Part shown: positions 14,431-25,143 of the stretch, one piece after another
How the letters are laid out: every line of letters starts with the position of its first letter
How positions within the stretch are numbered: the first letter of the stretch is position 1
Source: Fonticula alba ATCC 38817
Lineage: Eukaryota > Protista > Nucleariida
Direction: 5' to 3' (one strand)
NCBI GenBank assembly: GCA_000388065.2
Contig: KB932202.1
DNA: 25,271 nt
Notes under the pieces: model-generated
Database searches by the model: none
What the model was told of the DNA's origin: nothing
The model's input: the letters and a program-made list of their open reading frames with translations, nothing else
Program-made: the position numbers and the translations under genes

Positions 14431-17400
14431 CTACCATGCAGGTCGGGGGACGCCGGCATCTGCCGCCGGCCCCGCGCCGGGGCCCCCCCCGCCGCCGGAC
14501 AGACGCATCTGCCGGCGCAGGCGGTCCCGCTGCCGATCCAGGTCCTGGTGCCGGAGGGAGTGCGTGTGGGCGGCCACGCTGCTGACCACGTCCTGCAGAT
14601 GCCGCAGCGACGTGCCGATCTGCATCGACATGCGGAAGGCCGCGCTGGCCATCTGGTGCGTCGACGCGTCGTCCGGGCCACCGGCGGAGCCGGCCGGGTC
14701 CCCGGCGTCCGGGTCCCCGGAGCCGGCCGGGCCGCCGTCCTCGCCGTTGGCCGCGGCCACGGCCGCCGCCGCGGCCGCCGCCGCCGCCGACGCCCCACCC
14801 CCCCCGGAGCCCGGGCTGCCATCCTCCTCCAGGGCGATGGTCCGCAGCCGGGGCACCCAGTCCAGGTGGTGGCGCCCCTGGGCATCGGCCCCGCCGCCCT
14901 TGGCCGAGTGCTGCAGGCGCTCGAAGACATAGCTCTCCGGGCCGGTGTACTCGGTGGAGTCCTTGGTCCACAGGTGAACCACAAAGTACAGGTAGTTCCA
15001 CAGGTTGTGGTCCTGCAGGGTGTGCGCCTCGAAGGTGAGAGACCGGTTCTCGAAGCTGTTGCGTGAAAGCCCGCAAATGAAGCAGGTATTCCGACGGATC
15101 TCCTCCTGCTCATTCCTGGGTGGGGAAATGCACCGCGAATGGCCCGGCCGCGCGGTGGGCAAAAACAGCCACATCCCGGTGGGGGGGCGCATGGGCCGCA
15201 TCCATGACAGGGGGGCGGGGGCGGGGGCGGGGGCGGGGGCGGGGGCGGGGGGAAGGTGCGCGGGTGTCAGAGCCGGTGGCCACAACAAATGCAAGCCCAG
15301 CAGGGCAGGGGGCACCACCGCCCGCAGCGGGACGCACTTCTCCGAACGCAGGTCCGCGAAGGTGTCGATGATCACACCAAAGATGAGGTTCAGCACGATG
15401 ATGATCACCACGAAGAAGAAGAGCATGTCAAAGAGGAACCGGTAGGGGAAGGAGCTGCTCTGCAGGGAGTTCGGCTGGATCGCATCGCCAATGCCGCCGC
15501 CATTGCGCAGGCCCTGGAGCGAGGGGCGGCCAAGACCCGGCAAAAGGAGGGCCCGCGAGGGGGAGGCGGACGAGAGGAAAGGTCACCGGCAAAAGCATAC
15601 GTCAGTGTCCGGGAGTCCGGCCCGCATGGGGGGCAGCACCAGGGCGAAGAGGTGCAGGCAACAAAAGCAGCGAACGCAGGCGGCGCAAAAAAAAAAAACA
15701 AAAAACAACAGGCTCCCCCCCCCCCCCCACACACACACACACACAGAACAGCCACCCAGCAAGCCAGCACGGGAAGCCCGGCACCGGCGCCGGCCCCTTC
15801 CCCACCGGCCCGGGAGGAAGGCCGGAGACACACGTACGTGATTGAGCGAGGTCAGCAGACAGGCAACCAGCGTGTCGCATGAGCGCTCTTCATCCTGCTC
15901 GCTGAGCTCAATGACAAAGTCATCGCGCAAGCCGACAAACGCCACCAGGGAGAACATGTACACGATGATCAGCCCGAAGAAGGCCGTCATCAGGATGGAC
16001 CGGCCGTTGCGCGTGACCGAGCGGATGACATTCCGCAGGGTCTCATCGCGCACGACAATGTCAAACAGCAGCGGCCCATAGAAGAAGGGATGCACCGTGA
16101 AGCCCAGCACACACAGCAGCAAATAGAAGAAGTGGTAGCCGAGCAGCAGATTCCGGAAGAGGCGCCCCTGCCGCATGAGCAGCGCGCCGTAATTGATCAG
16201 GTAGCTGACCAGCACGATGGCCGCATTCAGGATTTGCACCCCGCCCAGGACGGTCAGCAGCCACCAGGCCGCCGTTCCGACCCCCGGCGACAGGGCATCA
16301 ATCGGGTAGAAGGAGGCCAGCAGCAGGTTGATGACCACCGCCAGGCCGAAGGCAATGTGCTTCCAGTTGACGAAGTTCCGCGCGAAGCCAAACAGCACCG
16401 GGCTCTTCCGGAGCTGGTTCTGCCACAGCATCTCATGGTACAGGGTGTCAATTTGCCGGTAGAAGTCCGGCACCTTGCTGCCCTGCTCATCGCGCTCGGT
16501 CTTGTTCAGCACATGCAGCCGCGACTCCTCGGTGATGAACCGGCACACCGGCGGGATGGGGAAGTACACGCGCTCCAGCTCGTTGTGCACCACGATCTCG
16601 ATGGATCTGCGATGGGGGGGGGGGAGGGAGGGGGGGAGTGAGGGGGAGGGGGGGACAAGCGAGGGGAAAAGGAGGCGGACAGACAAACGAGCAGACAGAC
16701 AAGCAAACAAACGAGCAGACAGACAAGCAGACAGACAAGCAAACAAACGAGCAGACAGACAAGCAGACAGACAAGCAGACAGACAAGCAGACAGACAAGC
16801 AGACAGACAGAGAGTCAGATACACAGACAGATGGCAAAGGGGGAACAAAAACAAAGCCCCAGAGATGGCCCCCACATACCCGGTGTTCCGCGCGAAGTAC
16901 TCGCTGGCTGAGAGGTCGGCCAGCGGCCGGGCCCCGGCCCCGGCATCCGCCGCATCGGCCAGCGACGCCGCCAGCGGCAGCCGGCCGGGCGTGCCGGGCT
17001 GCAAATGGCAGAGCAGCAGGAAGACCAGGTGCGCGGCCTGGCGGCTGTTCAGCTGGATGGCCCGGATCAGATCGGCCGAGGCCGAGGACAGCAGCCGCGA
17101 CTCGCGCGATTCGGCCCCCAGCCCCAGCATCCCGGCCAGGGCGGAGATCTCCGACGCCGAGGCCGGCTGGGCCGGAAGCTCCAGATCATCCGCATGCACC
17201 ATCAAGTTGGCGGACGACGATTGCTGCAGCTGCTGCAGGCGCTGGGACATGATGCGCGCCGAGGAGGACCCGGCCCCGTGGGCCTCGTCATCCATCTTGT
17301 CGGTGGGCTTGCCATCGGGACCGGACTTGTCGCCGGTGGCCTTGTCCCCCAGGGGGGAGGAGGAGGAGGAGCAGGAGGAGGAGCCCCCGGCGGCCGGCTG

Positions 17401-18034
17401 GGCCCCGGACTTGGGCGCATCCTCGCCCGACAGGGCCTGCCCGCCGGCATGCAACAGGGCCGACCCCAGCAGCCGTGTGCACAGCTGGTACAGCTCGAAC
17501 ATCCCGCCCAGCGTCCGGGTGAAGGCCGGCAGGTCGATGTAGAACAGCAGCTTGCTGACCACCGGGTCCTCGGAGTAGAGCTCCCCGGTGAAGATGGCCG
17601 CCAGCTCGGCCAGCGTGGTCGGGGCCGGGGGAGCGGCGCTGGTGGGGCTCCCGGCGCCGCGTGCCCCGCCCGGGCCGCCGACCGCCACCAAGGCCGTCTT
17701 GCGGCTCTCGATGGTCGACAGCAGGAAGTTCAGCACATTGGCCTTCACCTGGAGCAGGGCCACCTGCCGGTCGGCCGGCAGGGCATCCGGGCAGCTGGTG
17801 ATGATGTTGTTGGCGATCTCAAAGGCGGGGCTATCGTACGTGGCGATGGTGAGCTGTGTCGAGCGGGGCAACCGGGCGCACGCGGACACGGGGACCGAGG
17901 CGGCAGGAGGCCCGGGGGTCGCAACCAAATGAACACAGGAACAGGGACAACCGGGCAAGTGCACATTGATGCGCAGCCATCCGCACAAATGCACAGTAAT
18001 GCACACAAATGCACAGCAATCCACACATGAAAGC

Positions 18035-18075
<41 letters not shown>

Positions 18076-21000
18076 GGAGAGAGAGAGAGAGAGAGGGAGA
18101 GAGAGAGAGAGAGAGGACAGAGTCAGCCAAGGAGCCCGGACAAGATGAAGCACGCTAGTGGCCGCATGCACTTGGGCCACATCGTGACCCGGGACAGCGA
18201 GAAGGAAAGACACAGGAAAGGCCCCCGGGGCAGGGGGGGGGGGGGGGGGGGGGGGGGCGCCCCCTTTCCGCCTCTCTTTCGTGCATGTCCTCCTCCTGCC
18301 CCTGCTCCTCCCCCTCCCCGTGTGCCCTGCGGCCCGCCCGCTCATCTCATCTCCCGGGTCGGCTGGCTAACTCCATGCCCATTGGCGGCGATGGTCCGCC
18401 GGACGGCCCCTTGGCTGGTGGTTGCCGGGGCGGGGCCCCCCTCCGTCCGGCGCGGTCGTCTCGCCGACACGCACACGGAGGTGTATCGGGTGCCGTTTTT
18501 TTCCCACCCGGCGGATCTCCCGGCGCGCCTGGGGCCCAGGGCGAGGAACGGGCGGGGCGGGGGACGAAGACGGCATGGGGGGGGACAAGGTGACTGGGGG
18601 GCGGGTGGGGGGGGGGGGGGGGGGGACCGCGCGAAAGGCCCGATGACGCACCTGGTTCTCCTGGCACGGGCCCTGGCAGAACTCGGTCAGCGTGTTGAGC
18701 ACCTGGTTGACCAAGGCCAGCCGGCTGTCATTGGAGATGAACCCCAGCACCCCGAAGGACCCGGTGCTGTAGGTGCAAAGGGTGGTGAAGAGATCGGCCG
18801 TCAGCCGGACCAGGCCGTAGCGCTGGAGCAGGCACTGCAAGTTCCGCGTGTGGTTCTCGCACAGGAGCTGCAGGAAGCGCAGCACCAGCTCGATGTTGCG
18901 GGTTTCGGCCGGCACCGAGGACCGCGTGCCGCTGACGGTGCGCCGGTCCCCCGGGGCACCGGCCAGGCCGCCGGCACCCCCGGCCGACCCGCCGGCCGAC
19001 GCCCCATCGGCCCCGGCATCCGCCAAGAGCCCGGCATCCGGCGAGTCGGCCAGCGAGGCATCGGTCAAATCCAACATCGAGAAGGACACCGCCCCGGACC
19101 GCAGGGAGGACAGGCTGCTGAGGGACAGGCCGACCGGCGCGCTGGCCGGCAGGGACACGCCCCCGGGCCCGGCCGGCAGGGACCGGGCCCCGGTCAGGTC
19201 CAGATCGAAGATGGCCGCCCGCATGAACCCCCCGAGCACCTGGAAGAAGTCCCCGGCCGAGCCGGCCGCATCCAGCAGGCTCGGCCCGGAGGGCGGCGGC
19301 GCCACCCGGGCCGAGGTGGCCACCCGCAGCGGGAAGTCCCCCACCGAGGGGGGCACCTGCTCGCGACCCGGGCCCCCGGGCCCGCCGACGCCGGCGGAAT
19401 CCGGCCCGCCCGACACCACGGCCCCGGTGGCCGACAGCAGCAACTCCCCGGACAGCCGCCGGTAGATGGCCTGCTGGACCGCCGAATTGCCCCCCTCCAG
19501 GATGGCGATGCCCAGCCGGGCAATGTCCCAGAAGGTGAGGGCCGGGGATTTGAGCGACAGCCGGCTGGCCCCGGAGCCGGAATCGCCGCCGGCACCGGGC
19601 CCGCCGGGGGGCCCGCCGGCCCCGCTGGACCCGCCACCAGCCCCGCCGGGCCCACCGGCACCGGAGGACCCCCCGGCGCCGGATTGCAGGTCGGCCTGGT
19701 CGCCGAACAGACGCACCTGCACGGCCACCAGGTCCACAATGAGCCCCGGCACGCCGCAATGGTTGAGCGCCAATTGCACTTGGGTCAGGCTCAGCGGCTG
19801 CATGAGGACATGCGCCGGGCCGGGGCGCGAGGCGGCCGGCCGCGACCGCCGGCCGCCCGACCGGCCCAGCGCCGACATGTCCACGGCCACGGTCGGCGAG
19901 GACCCGGGCCCCGGCGACCCGAGGACCGGCGACCCGCCGCCCGCCGCCGGGACAAAGGCCTCCAAGCCGCGGCCATCGCCCACCCGCGAGCCGAACAGCA
20001 GGTCCAGCTGCCGGCAGGCGTACGCCGCGGCCACGGCACACAGCCGCGGCGGCACCAGCAGCTTCAGCACCACGCGCAGGACATCCGCCCGGACCAGCTG
20101 CCCATGATCCGACCGGATGTGGGCGATGATCTTGGCCACCAGCTGGCACGGGTCCACGGCCGAGTGCGAGGACAGCCCGCCGGCCCGGGCCGGGGCATGG
20201 CCATGCTGCTCCGGCTCGTGGGCCTCGTCCTCCTCCTCCTCCTCCTCCTCGTCGTCGTCATCGTCATCGCCATCGCCATCCCCCTTGTGGCCGGCGCCAT
20301 GGGACGGGTCGGCGGCCGCGGGCCGGCCCTTGCGGTGGCCATCGCCGGCCGACGACGAGCTCGCATGCCGGCCGGATGCCAGGCCCAGCCGCGCACCGGC
20401 CTTGGTCAAGCGCGACCCGGTCGACTGGCGCTCCACAAAGAGACTGGTCCCCAGGAAGGCCGGCGAGTGGAAGAGCTCCACCAGGACGGCCTGCTGCGCG
20501 GCGATCAGCGGCCGATGCAGGTCCGCATTCTGGTGCTGGACGAAGGCCGCAAAGTGCCGGTTGATGGCCCGCACCGCGGCCAGGAGGGTGGTGTCGCGCG
20601 GGGCCCGGGGCCGGCGCTGCTCCTTGAGCCGGCGCCGGCGCACGCTCTCCAGCAGCATGCCCATGGCCTTGTTGCCGGGGCCGGGGCCGGGGCCGGGGCC
20701 GGCGTCCGGGGACTCCCGCGGGGCCGCGGCCGTCGGGGCCATGGCCACCGCTCCCGGGGCCGCCCGGTGCGACAGGACCAACTGCAGGGCCGAGCGCAGG
20801 CCGGACTTGACCGACAGGCGCCGGGCCGTGAAGAAGTCATACACCAAGCGCAGGGTGGCCTCCAGGTCCACGCGGGCCTTGACCGACAGCCAGTCACACT
20901 CGGTCAGCCCGATGAGCCCGGACAGGAGCGACTGCAAGACCGCATGCTGCGCCGAGTGGGGGAACACATGGATCTGGTGGTGCAGCGGCGGCCCGGCGGC

Positions 21001-23433
21001 CGCCCCGGCCGGCGAGCAAAACAGCGCCCCCAGACAGTGCATCATGGACGACGAGCAGTAGGAGGTCAACTCGGCCGCGGCCCAGCGGCCGCGATTGCAC
21101 CCGGCCAGATCCCCGGTGACGCTGGACAGCAGGCTCCACAGCAGCGGCCCGGCGATCCACTCCTTGGTGTCGATGTCCGAGTTGATGTAGACCGCCGTCA
21201 GGAAGGTCACGTAGGCGTGCTTCACCGGCATCGTGGCCAGCGGATGCGTGAGGACCATCACCAGCTCCTCGATGCCGAGGATGCTCTGGCAGCGGACCTG
21301 GGCAAAGGTGTTCTTGCCCTGTGAGTGCGACCGGGGGCCGAGGCCGGGGCNNNNNNNNNNNNNNNNNNNNNNNNNNNNNNNNNNNNNNNNNNNNNNNNNN
21401 NNNNNNNNNNNNNNNNNNNNNNNNNNNNNGGGGGGGGGGGAGCAGAAAAAGACACAGCGAGGAGCAGGGCGAGGGTGCGTACCGTCGAGCAGTCGGCCAG
21501 CAGGTGCACCAGCGACACGTGCAGGGCCAGGCGCTCGGCCGCCAGGCGCGCCGTCACCGGGTCCCCATCGCGCGAGAGCTCCACCAGCCGGATGACCCCC
21601 TCCAGCGAGGGCAGATCCACGAAGCCGGGGGCGGTCAGCTGGCCGGGCGCCGCCAGGCCGGCCGGCAGCAGCCCGGCCTGCTGGAGCTCCGGCAGGATGG
21701 ACGAGTTCAGCGCCGCCAGGACGATGTCCTGGTTCCGGCGGATGGGCGTGCCGGCCGTCGAGACCAGCGTCCGCAGCAGGGCCACCACGCTCGACCGGTC
21801 GGCCATGACCGGCAGCAGGCCCTCCGCCGGGGCGGGCTCCCCCGCCGACCGGGCGGCACCGGCCACCACGCCGAGCTTGGGCCATGCCTCCGGCAGCAGC
21901 AGCCCCAACAGCGACAGCAGCGCCGGCTCCGACACGGCCGAGCACAGGGCCGGGCTATTGGCAAACACCCGGGCCAGGGTCAGCAGCGACAGCTGCGCCA
22001 CCGGCACGCCGGCCAACAGCCGTCCATGGGCCTCGACCGGGGGCCACGCGGGGTCGGCGACCTCGGCGTCGCCCCCGGGGCCGGGCGCCAGGGCCGCCAT
22101 GCTGCCCAGGTCCACCTGCCGGGGAAGTGGCCCGGCCAGGGCCGACAGCCCCACCACCCCGGCCTGCTCCAGGTCCTCCTCGGACAGGGCCGCGGCCACG
22201 ACCGACCGGCTGCGCACATGGTGCAGCAGCTCCGGCAGCAGCAGGTCCTCCACATACGGCAGCAGGAGCTTCTGGTTTTGGGCATTCCCCAGGCAGAAGT
22301 CCTGCAGGAAGATGTGCACCTGCGCCGCCAGCACCAGCCGATCGTAGGCATTCCCGAAGGAGCCCTCGGTCGAGGGGGCCAGCGGCCGGGGGGTGGACCC
22401 CGGCAGCCCGGTCGAGGGCACCGCCGACGTCGCGGCCGCGGCCGCTGCCTTGGCCTTGGCCTTGCTGCCGGCCTTGCCGGCCTTGCCGCCGCCACCGCCG
22501 CCCCCCCGAGCCCCGGGGCTCAGGACAAACAGATGCCGCAGGAGGTCCAGCACCCGGTCGTGGATGCCCAGGTACCGGCCCAGGCGCTGCGACGCGCGGT
22601 TCACCCGGCTGTAGAGCACCCGCGAGGCGGCCACCACCGGCAGCACGGACTCCGGGTCCACCAGCGGGTGCCGCATCGGCAGGATGTTGGCCAGGCCGTG
22701 GTGCATCGGCGGCAGGCGCCCCGACGCGGATCCGGCCCGCCGGCCAAGGACCAGCGCCTCGGACCCGGCCGGCCCGCCGGCCGACCAGGCCAGCGCATTC
22801 ACCAGCAGATCCGTGGCCGAGGGCGACCGGGCCAACGCCGCGCCCAGCGAGAAGGCCGACGCCTGGAGCCCGGCCCCATCGTGCAAGGCCGGCCCGCCGG
22901 GGCCCAGCCCCGGCCCGGTGGCCGGCCCGCCCGCCATCGACGCGCAGATCTTCTGCATGGAGATGGCCGCCATCGAGTAGGACAAATCCCGGAGGTTGGC
23001 CAGCGGGGCGCTCACCGGCGACGGGAGCGACCCAAGCCGGGGGCTGGGCGGCGGCGACCGCGAGGCGGCCATGCTGCCGGCCGGCCATACACCCCCGCAC
23101 ATGGCGCGAAGGGCCGGACAGAAGACCACCGAGGGGCAGGGGGTTAGTGACCGGAGCAGGGGAGGGGGGGAGGGGGGGGGGGGAGGGCGACAAAGCCCCC
23201 GGACCCGCGGGCAAGGCCAAACATGGGCCCGAAACACCGGCCGGGCCGGGAGAGGGCACATGCGGCACGCCATACGCCAGACACGCCACACACATGTGTG
23301 TACATGTATACACATGTACACACATGTATACACATGTACACACATGTACACACACACACACATGTACACACATGTACACACATGTACACACATGTACACA
23401 CATGTACACACATGTACACACATGTACACACAT

Positions 23434-23483
<50 letters not shown>

Positions 23484-25143
23484 GCGCACACGCACCTATG
23501 CAGGTCGTAGATGAGAGCCACCTTGCCCTTGACCGCCAGGCGCAGGATGTCAATCGAGTCGTGGATCTCATGGTAATTCCGGATGTCCAGGTCGCTGATG
23601 AGCAGCTGCACCTGGGCCAGGGTGTGCGCCACCTCGGCATGCTGGCGGAAGTGCCGGAAGAGCATGCGCAGGGCCAGCGACGTGAGCTCCGGATGGTCGA
23701 CAAACTGCAGCAGGTCCACCAGGATGCGCAGGAGCTCCACCCCGCCCGGGGTCGAGTCCAGGTCCAGCTGGTCATCCCCCAGGCCGTAGTACTCCAGGGC
23801 GGGCAGGGTGCCGCGCGAGCGCCGGCTTCCGGAACGCCGGCGCCGTGTGCCGGCCTCCTCCTCGGGGGCCCCGCCCCGCCCGGCCTCCGCGCCGATGGCA
23901 TACTGGAAGATGGTATTCCGCAGGGCGCTCAGGGATTGCGACGGGCCGCCGGCCGCGGCGGCGCTTTGCAGGGCGCTGCACGAGACACAGGGAAGCGCGC
24001 GGTTAGAATATGTCGCAGGCCCGCAGTCAGGCGGACAAACCAGCCGGGCAGGGTCGGGCGTGTGCATGTGCATGAGCATGAGCATGTGTGTGGCTGTGAG
24101 CCCCTCCTCCCCCTCCCTCCCCGGCCCCTAGCCCTCGGGGGGAGGCACCCGGCCACGCGCCAGGACGCACCTGAACCTGTCCGGAGCATGTGGGTCCGCC
24201 TCCTGGGACACGCGACGCCCGGCACGGAAGGGCAGGCGCTGCGGGGCGCCCGACCGACCGGCCCCCGACGGCCGGGACTGCATCCAGCCGGGGGCATTGG
24301 CCAGCGGGTCGGCCGGTGGGGCGACCGGTGCCGCGGTGCCGGCAGCCCCGCCGGCGGACTTGGCCTCGGCCGCTGCCAGGGCCGCCGATTCGGCCGCCGC
24401 CGCGCGCGAGATCACCTCGGTCAGCATCTCCAGCGACCGGTCGGCCGAGGCGCCGAACAGCTCCGGCCCCTGGAGGAGACCCCCGGGGCTGGGGGGGGCG
24501 TCCTCCCGGCCGGCAGCGATGCCCCCCGCGAGCGGGGCCAAGGGGATGGCCTCCGGCCCATCGGACTGGCCGTCGCCCGGGCCGGTGGACATGGCCGGGA
24601 GGAGCGGCAGGAAGCGCCGCCGCGAGGACCAGCCCGGCGGGGCCGGCCCCGAGTCGGCGCCCGACCCATTGACCCCGGCACCCGGGGCAGCCACCAGCCC
24701 GGGCCCCGACTCGGACCCATGGAGCAGGGGGAGGTGCTCGCCGGCGGAGGCCGTTCGAGCGATGCCGGCCGACTCGTCCGCCGGCGAGGGGGGACTTCCA
24801 TCAGTGACAGCGGCGGCCCGGCTGCCGGCTCGCAGGGAGGCCGGCAGGATGGAGGCAAAGCGCGAGCCGCTGGCCCCGGGCCCGGCCGCCGCCGAGGCCG
24901 GCACCGCGCGCCCCGGCAGGTAGGCCTCCAGCACTTGGGACTTGAACTGCGACAGGGACACCGACACCCGGTAGTCCACGCGCACGTCGCAAATGAAGTC
25001 CAAGATCTCCAGCACCCGGGCCTTGACCGAGAGCGCGATGCCAGACAGCCCCGGGTGCGAGGACCCCACCGGGATGACCACGCGCCGGGAGGCGGCGCAT
25101 TCGCACAGCGGCCCCCCGGCAACGCCGGTCAGCCGTCGGGAGA
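14431..25143 (-). CDS. ITPR: Inositol 1,4,5-trisphosphate receptor (IP3R), 3' portion; 5' exons lie beyond the window; about 2770 aa visible
   Basis: Exons (-): 25143-24171, 23975-23496, 23073-21483, 21318-18652, 17853-16880, 16606-15838, 15513-15338, 15115-14431, all phase-compatible. Motifs: RVLEILDFICDVRVDYR, LALRMLFRHFRQ, FLQDFCLGNAQNQ, GKNTFAQVRCQSIL, LRFLQLLCENH, TLTEFCQGPCQENQ, SIEIV..ERVYFP, ERDEQGSKVPDF, ETLRNVIRSVTRNGRSI, HGLRNGGGIGD, VLNLIFGVIIDTFADLRSEK, TCFICGL, STEYTGPESYV, LDWVPR. Confidence 0.96.
16680..16810. repeat. 12-bp tandem repeat (AGCAGACAGACA with AAAC/ACG variants) in an ITPR intron
   Basis: About 11 units inside intron 16607-16879. Confidence 0.85.
18036..18115. 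repeat. (GA)n microsatellite (sense (TC)n) in the 798-nt ITPR intron
   Basis: About 40 GA units with a few GG interruptions. Shorter (GA)n tracts lie near 5545-5560, 8260-8279 and 9236-9255. Confidence 0.95.
21351..21429. other. Assembly gap (79 N) inside ITPR intron 21319-21482
   Basis: N run flanked by a G-run. The flanking exons join in phase (LADCST|GKNTFAQ). Confidence 0.99.
23287..23495. repeat. (CATGTACACA)n plus (CA)n compound repeat at the 5' end of an ITPR intron
   Basis: About 15 ten-mer units, then (CA)n, then CGCGCGCACACGCAC, ending at the donor. Confidence 0.95.

Noticed and set aside
18480-18535. Cryptic exon (ARREIRRVGKKRHP) in the long ITPR intron
   Set aside because: Direct joining ENQ|LTIATYDS aligns to IP3R without a gap; the GKKR resemblance is at the wrong position and the donor is atypical.
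14431-25143. Calling the channel a ryanodine receptor
   Set aside because: IP3R-type motifs dominate (TEFCQGPCxENQ, ERDEQGSKVxDF, SVTRNGRSI, STEYTGPESY, LDWxPR) and no SPRY or RyR repeats are visible.
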